A stretch of DNA of 64,000 nt from the NCBI GenBank assembly GCA_044222475.1, contig JBGANF010000030.1, forward strand, positions 1 to 64,000, written 5' to 3'. Within the stretch, counting starts at the first letter, position 1, and the number at the start of each line of letters is the position of its first letter. The DNA comes from Polyangiaceae bacterium. Its GTDB lineage: Bacteria > Myxococcota_A > Polyangia > Polyangiales > Polyangiaceae. The notes under the pieces were generated by a model. That model was not told where the DNA came from and did no database searches. It saw only the letters and a program-made list of their open reading frames with translations. Shown in pieces: positions 20,092 through 28,280 of this stretch. Position numbers and translations under genes: made by a program.

Positions 20092-21321
20092 GTGTCCAGC
20101 GAGGCCCACATGCGAACGCACCACGTCTTCGGCGGGGGCACGTTCTTCCACGTGCGCCCCCACTTCTCGCTCTGCGCGCCGGCCTTCGGGCAGACCGCGC
20201 GGAGGCTCCACGAGCTCCTGTCCGAGGCGACCCCCGGCGATGCATGCACTCTGCATCTGACCCGCATGGCCGGCGGTGATGCGACGCTCGAGACGAACGA
20301 CGACGTCGCGCGGCGCGTCGCGGCCATCGTGGACGACCCTGCGTCGAAGATCGTCGTGATGAACGCCGCGCTGTGCGACTTCGAGGGTCGCGTCGCGGAT
20401 GGCGCGTCGGGGAAGGATCAACCGCGACTCCGGTCGGATGCAGGTCCGCACTCGATGACGCTCACGCCGGCACGAAAGGTTCTCGCGACGATCCGGGCCG
20501 CGCGGAAGGACCTCTTCGTCGTCGGCTTCAAGGCGACGGCTGGCGCCACGCCGGAGGCGCAGTACGACGCCGGTCTCTCGCTCCTGAAGCGGAGCCACGC
20601 GAACCTCGTGCTCGCGAACGACGTCCGCACCGGGCACCACATGGTGATCGCCCCCGAGCTGGCGCGGTACCATGAAGGGACCGACCGCGACGCCGCGCTC
20701 CGCGGCCTCGTCGAGATGGCGGTCGCGCGGAGCCGCCTCTCGTTCACCCCGACGACGCTCGTCCCCGGCGACCTGGTGCCCTGGGATTCGGTCGAAGTGC
20801 CGGCCTCGCTGCGCGCGGTCGTGGACCACTGCGTCGCCCGCGGGGCGTACCAGCCGTTTCGCGGCGTCACCGTCGGCCACTTCGCGTACCGAAGTGGGAC
20901 GACTGAGCTCACGAGCTCGCGGCGGAAGCGAAACTTCAACCTCGACGGCGAACGCGATCTCGTCCGCGTCGAGTTCGGCGACGACGCGGTGATCGCCCAC
21001 GGCGCCAAGCCGAGCGCGGGGACCCGAAGCCAGTGGGAGGTCCTCTCGGCCTTTCCCGACTTCGACTGCATCGTCCACGTCCACTGCCGCGCCAAGCCGG
21101 GCTCGGCGGTGCCGGTGCGGCCCCAGCGCGAGGTCGAGTGCGGATCCCATCAGTGCGGGAGGAACACGCGCGACGGAATGCACCGCTTCGGAGATCTCGC
21201 GGCGGTGATGCTGGACCGGCACGGCCCGAACGTCCTCTTTCACCGCAGCATCGATCCCGCGCGCGTCATCGCGTTCATGGAGGCGAGCTTCGACTTGACG
21301 CGAAGGAGCGACCATTTTTGA
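20092..21321 (+). CDS. CoaB-like (phosphopantothenate-cysteine ligase) domain fused to class II aldolase/adducin-like domain
   Basis: 'FGGGT', 'MNAALCDF', 'LTPARKVLATIR', 'VVGFKA', 'LVLAND'; C-terminal 'KPSAGT', 'IVHVHC', 'DRHG'. Confidence 0.65.
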   Translation: MSSEAHMRTHHVFGGGTFFHVRPHFSLCAPAFGQTARRLHELLSEATPGDACTLHLTRMAGGDATLETNDDVARRVAAIVDDPASKIVVMNAALCDFEGRVADGASGKDQPRLRSDAGPHSMTLTPARKVLATIRAARKDLFVVGFKATAGATPEAQYDAGLSLLKRSHANLVLANDVRTGHHMVIAPELARYHEGTDRDAALRGLVEMAVARSRLSFTPTTLVPGDLVPWDSVEVPASLRAVVDHCVARGAYQPFRGVTVGHFAYRSGTTELTSSRRKRNFNLDGERDLVRVEFGDDAVIAHGAKPSAGTRSQWEVLSAFPDFDCIVHVHCRAKPGSAVPVRPQREVECGSHQCGRNTRDGMHRFGDLAAVMLDRHGPNVLFHRSIDPARVIAFMEASFDLTRRSDHF

Positions 21322-21347
21322 CCCGGGATGCTAGTGGTAGGGTCGTC

Positions 21348-22298
21348 ATGGTGGAGAAGACGCGGTCCGGGTCGAGCCGACGAGCGACGTTGCTGCTCAC
21401 GCTGGGCTTGGCGCTCGCGTTCGTGGTCGCGATCGTCTTCCGCTACCAAGCGCGTCGTCAGGCCGAAGCCGACCGAGGCAGCTCGGCGACGCCCATCGTC
21501 TTCCTGCTTTCGCAGCAGCACGGCGCTCAGCTCACGGTCGAAGACCGGCAAGCGCTCGGCGCGTACTTGCAGAAGGAGAGCGGCCTCGTCGTGGACGTCC
21601 GCGTGGCTCCGTCTTCCTTCGATGGAATCGCGGGGTTCGCGGACACGGCGGACGTCGGCCTCCTCGGCTTGTTCGAGTACCTGCTCGCCCGCGCGGAGTA
21701 CACCGTCGATGCGCAGCTCCAAGTGCTTCGCGAGAACGGCGCGGCGACCTACACCGGCGAGATCCTCGTCCCGTCCCAGAGCCCGGTGAAGAGCGTGAAG
21801 GATCTGCAGGGAAAGCGCTTCGCCTACGTGGACGCGTTCTCCACCAGCGGCTTCGTGTTTCCGGCGAAGTTGCTCGCCGACGCCAGCGTCCGCGTCACGC
21901 CGGAGTTCGCGGGCAGTCCCGGAGAGGTGCTCGCTCGTCTGAAGGATGGCCGGGTCGATGCCGGCGCGGTGTACTCCGGAGCCAACACGGACACCGCCGC
22001 TCTTCGCGTCGTCGCGACGACGGACGCGATCCCGAACGAACCCGTCTTCTTCCGGCGCGGTCTGGTTCCCGAGAAGCGGGAGAAGCTTCGCGCAGCGCTG
22101 GAGAAGCTCGGATCGACGCCCGAGGGCCGAACGATCCTCCATCGGATCGCCAACATCACCGGGTTCCAGCGGATCGACGACGCGCACTACGAGCCCGTGC
22201 TCGCCACGGTTCGCGCCGCTGGAAAGACCATCTACGAAGTCGTGCCCGAAGGCACTCGCGTCGAGTCCGAGCGTCGGGGAATCGAGCTCGTCCCGTAG
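21348..22298 (+). CDS. PhnD-like phosphate/phosphite/phosphonate substrate-binding protein, membrane-anchored
   Basis: 'DLQGKRFAYVDAFSTSGFVFP', 'GRVDAGA', 'IPNEPV'; N-terminal TM. Confidence 0.8.
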   Translation: MVEKTRSGSSRRATLLLTLGLALAFVVAIVFRYQARRQAEADRGSSATPIVFLLSQQHGAQLTVEDRQALGAYLQKESGLVVDVRVAPSSFDGIAGFADTADVGLLGLFEYLLARAEYTVDAQLQVLRENGAATYTGEILVPSQSPVKSVKDLQGKRFAYVDAFSTSGFVFPAKLLADASVRVTPEFAGSPGEVLARLKDGRVDAGAVYSGANTDTAALRVVATTDAIPNEPVFFRRGLVPEKREKLRAALEKLGSTPEGRTILHRIANITGFQRIDDAHYEPVLATVRAAGKTIYEVVPEGTRVESERRGIELVP

Positions 22299-22480
22299 GG
22301 GGCATTCGAACGTGCCGAGCGCAAGTCCGCTCGGTGGCGCTTCGGTGACACGCGAGCAACGCGCCGATGTGCCATCGAATCGTTTCCGACCTCTTGGTTC
22401 GCTGACACTCGGCGCGCGCAAGGTGGCTTCGCGCTCGCAACGGCACACGACGCCAAACGCGAGCGACTGGAGAAACCAGC

Positions 22481-23704
22481 ATGCGCTCTGTCACCTCTCA
22501 CGCGATCTTCGCCTCGGCGGCGCTCGCGACGACGCTCGCCGCGACGTCGGCGAACGCCGCTCCGTGCACGAACACGGGGCTCCCCGGGACGCCGGTCTTC
22601 GTCGCCGGCTCGAGCGCGGCGAAGCCGATGCTCAAGCAGGTCTCGGCGGCGCTCGCCGCAATCCCGAACACCCCCATCCGCCTCGTCTACCAGAGCCTCG
22701 GCTCGTGCGCGGGGCTCTCCGACATCACGACCAACACGAAGGAGCCGGCGACCGGCATCGTGTGGGACGGCGGAGGCAACGAGGTCACCTGCGACGCGCC
22801 GAACGGCGGCGCCGACGTCGACGTCGCCATCAGCGACGTCTTCGCGTCGAGCTGCACCAACGTGACCATCCCGGCAGGGCAGAAGGACTTCCTCGGCTCG
22901 ACTCAGGTCTTCGACTTCGTGGTCCCGCCCTCCTCGAAGGAGACGGTCATCAGCCAAGAGGCAGCGTTCGTCGTCTTCGGGTTCGGTGCGGTCACCAACA
23001 TCGTCAACCCCTGGAACGACGTGAACTTCATCTTCCGCCGGGCCGGAACGTCGGGCACGTACTCGATGACGGCGAAGCTCCTCGGCCTCGACATCGCGAA
23101 GTTCAAGGGCACGATCCCCGGCGCAGGCAAGAGCGGCGACGTCCTCACCGCGGTCCACAACGCGGACGCGACGAGCCCCGACAAGGCCCTCGGCGTCCTC
23201 TCCGCGGACTTCGCCGACACGAACCGCGGCGGCGGCAGCGCCATCAAGGTGCTCGCGTACCAGCCGAAGGGCGCGGCGTGCGGCTTCTTCGCCGACTCGT
23301 CCGGCACCACGTTCGACAAGATCAACGTCCGTGAGGGTCGCTACCCGTTCTGGGGCCCCCTCCACTACGTGACCAAGGTCGACAACCAGGGCAAGCCATC
23401 GAGCGCGACGGTTGCGACGCTCCTCTCCTTCTTCACTCGTGAAGGTCTCGACGACACGAACAAGAAGAAGATGATCGACGCCGAGGTCGCCGCCTACACC
23501 ATCCCGCAGTGCGCGATGAAGGTGTCGCGCACCGTCGAGGTCGGAGTGACCGAGACCGCGACCGCGTTCAGCCCGGCCGAGCCGTGCGGTTGTTACTACG
23601 AGTTCAAGGCGACCGGCACCGCGCCGAAGTCCTGCACCGTCTGCACCGATGACACCCCGTGTGGCACCGGAAAGTGCCGCTACGGCTACTGCGAGGCGAA
23701 GTGA
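22481..23704 (+). CDS. PstS-like periplasmic binding protein with Cys-rich C-terminus
   Basis: Signal peptide; 'VAGSSA', 'YQSLGSCAG', 'RRAGTSGT', 'GRYPFWGPLH' match the PstS/PBP fold; GGAG RBS. Confidence 0.7.
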   Translation: MRSVTSHAIFASAALATTLAATSANAAPCTNTGLPGTPVFVAGSSAAKPMLKQVSAALAAIPNTPIRLVYQSLGSCAGLSDITTNTKEPATGIVWDGGGNEVTCDAPNGGADVDVAISDVFASSCTNVTIPAGQKDFLGSTQVFDFVVPPSSKETVISQEAAFVVFGFGAVTNIVNPWNDVNFIFRRAGTSGTYSMTAKLLGLDIAKFKGTIPGAGKSGDVLTAVHNADATSPDKALGVLSADFADTNRGGGSAIKVLAYQPKGAACGFFADSSGTTFDKINVREGRYPFWGPLHYVTKVDNQGKPSSATVATLLSFFTREGLDDTNKKKMIDAEVAAYTIPQCAMKVSRTVEVGVTETATAFSPAEPCGCYYEFKATGTAPKSCTVCTDDTPCGTGKCRYGYCEAK

Positions 23705-23709
23705 GCACC

Positions 23710-23964
23710 ATGAACACCAAGAAGATCCACGTCGCCCTCCTCGCCGCGATCGCGCTCGCGGTCCCGACCACCGTCATCGTCGCGTGCTCGAGCGATCCCG
23801 ACCCGGTCGGACCGACGAACAACCCCGACGCCGGCAAGGACGTCGCCGTTCAACCCGACGTGCAAACCGACGGTGGCACCGACTCCGCACCGAACCAGTG
23901 CGCGACCGGAATCACCTTCGACAACAAACGCGTCCCCGGATTCCCCAACGTGCCGCAGCCCTGA
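23710..23964 (+). CDS. Small lipoprotein
   Basis: Lipobox 'VIVAC', DAG linker, C-terminal 'FDNKRVP'. Confidence 0.7.
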   Translation: MNTKKIHVALLAAIALAVPTTVIVACSSDPDPVGPTNNPDAGKDVAVQPDVQTDGGTDSAPNQCATGITFDNKRVPGFPNVPQP

Positions 23965-23991
23965 GGCACGGAAACTGAGAAAGCGCCCAAA

Positions 23992-24023
23992 CCCGCTGGC
24001 GTCCCAACATGGGACGCAGCGGG
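23992..24023. other. Intergenic stem-loop
   Basis: CCCGCTG-G-CGTCCCA aca TGGGACG-CAGCGGG inverted repeat. Confidence 0.5.
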
Positions 24024-24055
24024 CTGACGGCGAGAGGAAAAGGCTCGTCCAGAAA

Positions 24056-25450
24056 ATGGTGACGACGGTGAGGCTGAATCGAGGTGTCCTGTTTGCGTTC
24101 CTGTGTCTCTTTCCGGCGCAGGCGCTCGCGGCTGACGACGACGACGACCTCGTCGTGACGGCGAAGCCTTCTCCTTCTTCGCCCCCTCCCCCTCCCGCTC
24201 CCGCTCCCGCTCCCGTTTCTCCTCCGCCGGCCGCTGCACCAGCGTCGCCCGCCAAGCTCTGGGGTCTCCTCCCGACGCTGGAGTCCATCGGCCGCCACCT
24301 CGCCTTCACTGGGTTCGCCCAAGCCGACCTCCACCTGAGCCAAGCCTCGGAGAACGAGGTCCAGCAGGGCGGCGCTCTCATGAACGAGAACCGCTTCCTC
24401 ATCCGCGCGGCCCGCCCGCGATTGGATGTAGATTACACGTACGCGAAGCTGCAGCTCGAGCTCGACGGCAACACCGTCCGCGGACCGGAGCTCCGCCTCT
24501 TCCACGCGTTCGGCACCGCGGTCCTCCCGGGTCGCCACGCCGACGACCCGCCGATCGCAGCGTTCTCCCTCGGCCTGATGGACACCCCGTTCGGCTACGA
24601 GGTCGGGCTCCTCCCGCAGCGCCTCCAGATGTTCGCCGAGCGCTCGCTCGCGTCGCGCGCGTTCTTCCCCGGCATCCCCGACGTGGGCATGCGGTTCTTC
24701 GGTGGGCTCGGGTTCGTCCGCTGGAGCGTGGGCCTCATGAACGGCCAACCGCTCGACACCGCGCAGTCGCTCCGAGCTCCCATCTCGCCACGCGACGTCT
24801 CGTTTCGCCTCGGGGTCGCGACCCAACCGACCCGCGCGCTGGAGATCCGCGGCGGCGTCTCCGGTCTCCGCGGCAAGGGGTTCCACCCCGGCGCCGAGGC
24901 GACCAAGAACTCCATCTCGTGGGTCGACGTGAACGAAGACGGCACGATCCAGCCGTCGGAGCTCGTCGCGCTGCCGGCGACCGCCGCGGCACCTTCCGTC
25001 CTCTACGACCGATGGATGGTCGGCGCGGACCTCCAGGCGGTCCTGAAGACCAAGCTCGGGCTGACTCAGGTCGCCGCCGAGGTCTACGTCGCGAGCAACT
25101 ACGATCGCAACTTCCAGATCTCGGACCCGGTGCTGCTCGGCCAAGACACGCGCCAGCTCGGCGCGTACGCGTCGATCGTCCAGGACCTCGGGCGTTTCTT
25201 CGTCGTCGGGTTCCGCTACGACCTCTACAACCCGAACCTCGACGCGTTCGACTCCCAGGCGGGGAAGCTCGTCCCCAACAAGCAGGTCATCCACACGTTC
25301 GCGCCGATGGTCGGCGTCGTCCTCCCCGGCCGCGCGCGACTCGTCCTCGAGTACGACTTCATCCGCGATGGGATCGCGCGCGACGCGCGCGGTCTTCCGA
25401 CCGACCTCGCGAACGACGCGTTCAACCTCCGCATGCAGGTGGACCTGTGA
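24056..25450 (+). CDS. Outer-membrane porin, OprO/OprP-like
   Basis: Signal peptide, Pro-rich linker, 'FTGFAQAD', 'RFLIRAARPR', 'DTPFGYE', 'FAERS', 'DVGMRF', amphipathic terminal strand. Confidence 0.65.
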   Translation: MVTTVRLNRGVLFAFLCLFPAQALAADDDDDLVVTAKPSPSSPPPPPAPAPAPVSPPPAAAPASPAKLWGLLPTLESIGRHLAFTGFAQADLHLSQASENEVQQGGALMNENRFLIRAARPRLDVDYTYAKLQLELDGNTVRGPELRLFHAFGTAVLPGRHADDPPIAAFSLGLMDTPFGYEVGLLPQRLQMFAERSLASRAFFPGIPDVGMRFFGGLGFVRWSVGLMNGQPLDTAQSLRAPISPRDVSFRLGVATQPTRALEIRGGVSGLRGKGFHPGAEATKNSISWVDVNEDGTIQPSELVALPATAAAPSVLYDRWMVGADLQAVLKTKLGLTQVAAEVYVASNYDRNFQISDPVLLGQDTRQLGAYASIVQDLGRFFVVGFRYDLYNPNLDAFDSQAGKLVPNKQVIHTFAPMVGVVLPGRARLVLEYDFIRDGIARDARGLPTDLANDAFNLRMQVDL

Positions 25451-26382
25451 AGCGCGCGCTTCCCTTGGTCGCGCTCCTCGTCGTGATCGCGTGCGGCGAG
25501 AGCACCGATCGCACGCTCGGCCTCGACGAGCCGATCCGCGTCAAGCGCGCCCAGTTCTTCCCCGGCCCGTTGCCGGGCGCGCCGCCTGGGTCCACCGTGA
25601 CCGGCACCCCCAAGATCACGAGCGTGACGCTCGCCAACCCGACGGTGATCCCCGGCCAGGCAGGCAAGAAGATCGACGGACGCGCGAGCGCCAGCGCCAC
25701 CGCGGTCGGGGTTCGCTTCGCCGACATGGGAACCGGCTACTGGGTCGTGCCGACCGGTGCGCTCGACGCGCAGTTCCCCGGCGAGATCGGCTGGCAGGCC
25801 GACTGCGACTTCCCGGTGTTCGCGGGCGCGCAACCCGGCAACCACATGCTCCGCGTCGTCGCGATCGACGCGGCCGGGAACGCCTCCGCTCAAGAGGAGA
25901 CGCGCCTCTGCCTCGCGCCGAAGGTCCCCGACAACCTGCACTCGTGCGATCCGTCGCGGCCCCTGCCCGCCGCGGTGGTGGTCCTCGAGTGGGACGCCGA
26001 CCTCGATCTCGATCTCGTCGCCGTCGCTCCCGGCGGGCGCACGGTGGACGCGAAGCACCCCACCGTCTCCGGCGCCGACGCCGGCGTCGCCGAGCCGCAG
26101 GACGGCGTCATCGATCGCGACTCGCTCGCGCAGTGCGTCCCCGATGCGCGCCGGCAAGAGTCTCTCGTCTTCATGAACCGGCCGGCGGCCGGCTCCAGCT
26201 TCGACTTCTACGCCAGCCTCTTCTCGCCCTGCGGCCGCCGCGGAGCGGGCTTCACCCTCTCGGTCTACGAAGCGCTGAACGATGCGCTCACGAAGACCCG
26301 CGAGAAGAAGGGCCGCGTCGTCGCGTACGACGCGACCGGCGGCGCCACCCTCGGTCTCTACGTCGATTCCGTGACGTTCTAA
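25447..26382 (+). CDS. Lipoprotein of unknown function
   Basis: GTGA overlap; lipobox 'VVIAC'; 'VLEWDADLDLDL' motif. Confidence 0.7.
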   Translation: MKRALPLVALLVVIACGESTDRTLGLDEPIRVKRAQFFPGPLPGAPPGSTVTGTPKITSVTLANPTVIPGQAGKKIDGRASASATAVGVRFADMGTGYWVVPTGALDAQFPGEIGWQADCDFPVFAGAQPGNHMLRVVAIDAAGNASAQEETRLCLAPKVPDNLHSCDPSRPLPAAVVVLEWDADLDLDLVAVAPGGRTVDAKHPTVSGADAGVAEPQDGVIDRDSLAQCVPDARRQESLVFMNRPAAGSSFDFYASLFSPCGRRGAGFTLSVYEALNDALTKTREKKGRVVAYDATGGATLGLYVDSVTF

Positions 26383-26400
26383 CGGAAAGGAAAACCCACC

Positions 26401-27117
26401 ATGCTCGTCGAACGACTCTTGCGCCTCGCCCTCCTCGGAAGCAGTTGGGTCATGTACCTGCTGCTCTTCCTCTCGATCTTCTCGATCGGCTACATGATCG
26501 AGCGGCTCGTCTTCTTCCGTAAGAACCGCGGCGACGTCGACGCGATGACCGATCGCCTCGCGGCGCTCCTCGGCGACGACGACGTCGATGGCGCGGAGAA
26601 GCTCCTCGCCGACTCGAAGTCGGTCGAAGCGCAGGTGCTCCTCGGCGCGCTCTACTGGTTCCGCGGCGGGCCGAAGGCGTTCACCGACGCCGTCGAGTCG
26701 CAGCTCGGGCGCAAGAAGAAGGAGCTCGAGCGCGGCATGGGCTTCCTCGGGACCCTGGGCTCGAACGCCCCGTTCATCGGCCTCCTCGGCACCGTCATCG
26801 GCGTCATCGAGGCGTTCCACCAGCTCGGCGACGCGCAGAACAAGGCCGCGATGGGCAACGTCATGGCCGGCATCGCCGAGGCGCTCGTGGCGACCGGCGT
26901 CGGCCTCTTCGTCGCCATCCCCGCGGTCGTCGCCTACAACGTCGTGCAGACGCGCATCGGCGCGATCGAGACGAACGTCGCGGCGGTGACGAAGCAGCTC
27001 ACGGCGATCCTCGAAGCGAAGGAGTACCAGCACGCGCGCGAGGCTTCGCTGGAGCGTTCGGAGCCTCGGAGGCTGAACGGCACGCGCAAGCCCGAGATCT
27101 TCGCGGAGGCCGAGTAA
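26401..27117 (+). CDS. exbB: MotA/TolQ/ExbB proton channel protein
   Basis: 'LGTLGSNAPFIGLLGTVIGVIEAF', 'GIAEALVATGVGLFVAIPA'. Confidence 0.9.
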   Translation: MLVERLLRLALLGSSWVMYLLLFLSIFSIGYMIERLVFFRKNRGDVDAMTDRLAALLGDDDVDGAEKLLADSKSVEAQVLLGALYWFRGGPKAFTDAVESQLGRKKKELERGMGFLGTLGSNAPFIGLLGTVIGVIEAFHQLGDAQNKAAMGNVMAGIAEALVATGVGLFVAIPAVVAYNVVQTRIGAIETNVAAVTKQLTAILEAKEYQHAREASLERSEPRRLNGTRKPEIFAEAE

Positions 27118-27118
27118 C

Positions 27119-27529
27119 ATGGGCGTCCAGCTCGGTGGCGGGAGCAAACGCGCCGGCATCGTCGGGATCAACGTCACCCCGATGGTCGACGTCGTGCTCG
27201 TGCTCCTCGTCATCATGATGGTCAGCGCGACGTACATCGTCGCTCAGAGCCTGAAGGTCGAGCTGCCCAAGAGCGCGACCTCGGACGAAGCGGTCACATC
27301 CACGTTCGCGGTCACGATCGACAAGACCGGCAAGTTCTTCTTCAACCAGCAGCCGGTGACGGAGGACGAGCTCGTCGCCAAGCTGCGTGAGGCGAAGGCG
27401 AGCGGAGCCGACGTGAACTTGGTCGTCACCGCGGACGCGGCTGCGCTCCACGGAAACGTGGTGCACGTGATCGACCTCGCGAAGCGCGAGGGGATCAGCA
27501 AATTCGCGATCAACGTCGAGCGAGACTGA
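27119..27529 (+). CDS. exbD: ExbD/TolR
   Basis: 'INVTPMVDVVLVLLVIMMV', 'VELPKS', 'VTADAAALHGNVVHVID'. Confidence 0.9.
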   Translation: MGVQLGGGSKRAGIVGINVTPMVDVVLVLLVIMMVSATYIVAQSLKVELPKSATSDEAVTSTFAVTIDKTGKFFFNQQPVTEDELVAKLREAKASGADVNLVVTADAAALHGNVVHVIDLAKREGISKFAINVERD

Positions 27530-27542
27530 CGAGGACGCCGCC

Positions 27543-28280
27543 ATGACCAAGCTTCAATGGGCATTGGTGGCGGGAAGCCTCGCGCTCCATGGCGCGGGGT
27601 GGATCGCCATGGGCGGTCTCTCGAAAGAGAAGAAGTACGACTCGGTCGCGATCGCGCTCGCCGAGGCGAAGAAGAAGCCCGAGCCGCCGAAGAAGGACGT
27701 TCCGCCGCCGAAGCCGATCGATCCGCCGAAGGCGCCAGAGGTGAAGCAAGCGAAGGCGGCGCCGAACCCCGAGCCGCAGCTCCCCGACACGCCGCCGCCG
27801 CCCGCGAACGCAGGTCCGGTGAGCGACGGGCCGCCGGGGATGGAAGGCTTCCAGGACCTCGGGCTTTCGCTCGGAGGCGGAGGAGGCGGCATGGCGGTGC
27901 CCACCGGCGGTGGACACGGAGCCGGCGGCCCTGCGACGCCGCAGCCCACCGCCACGCAGAAGACGGTGAAGGCGCTCGCCCCCGTCGCCGCCGACGAGTG
28001 CAGCGAAGAGCTCGTGAAGGCGAAGCTCGACCATCAAGTGCAACCCGCGTACTCCCAGGAAGCACGCGCGGCGAGCATCGAGGGAGTCGTCAAGCTCGAG
28101 CTCACGATCGATGCGGCCGGTCACGTCGTCGGCGTGAAGGTCGTCAAAGGTCTCGGCTACGGGCTCGACGATGCGGCCGTCGCCGCCGCGAAGCAGTGGA
28201 CGTTCCAACCGGCGACCAAGTGCGGCAAGCCAGTGGCGAGCGTCGTCAAGCCCGGGGTGAGGTTCGAGCTCGGATCATGA
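27543..28280 (+). CDS. tonB: Energy transducer TonB
   Basis: N-terminal TM 'SLALHG', Pro/Lys-rich linker, TonB_C 'PAYSQEARAASIEGVVKLELTIDAAGHV'. Confidence 0.88.
   Translation: MTKLQWALVAGSLALHGAGWIAMGGLSKEKKYDSVAIALAEAKKKPEPPKKDVPPPKPIDPPKAPEVKQAKAAPNPEPQLPDTPPPPANAGPVSDGPPGMEGFQDLGLSLGGGGGGMAVPTGGGHGAGGPATPQPTATQKTVKALAPVAADECSEELVKAKLDHQVQPAYSQEARAASIEGVVKLELTIDAAGHVVGVKVVKGLGYGLDDAAVAAAKQWTFQPATKCGKPVASVVKPGVRFELGS

Noticed and set aside
18739..21315. Long antisense or alternate-frame ORFs (also 7036-8778, 28157-31132, 46948-49203)
   Set aside because: Shadows of high-GC genes; Arg/Ala-rich, motif-free and overlapping well-supported CDS.
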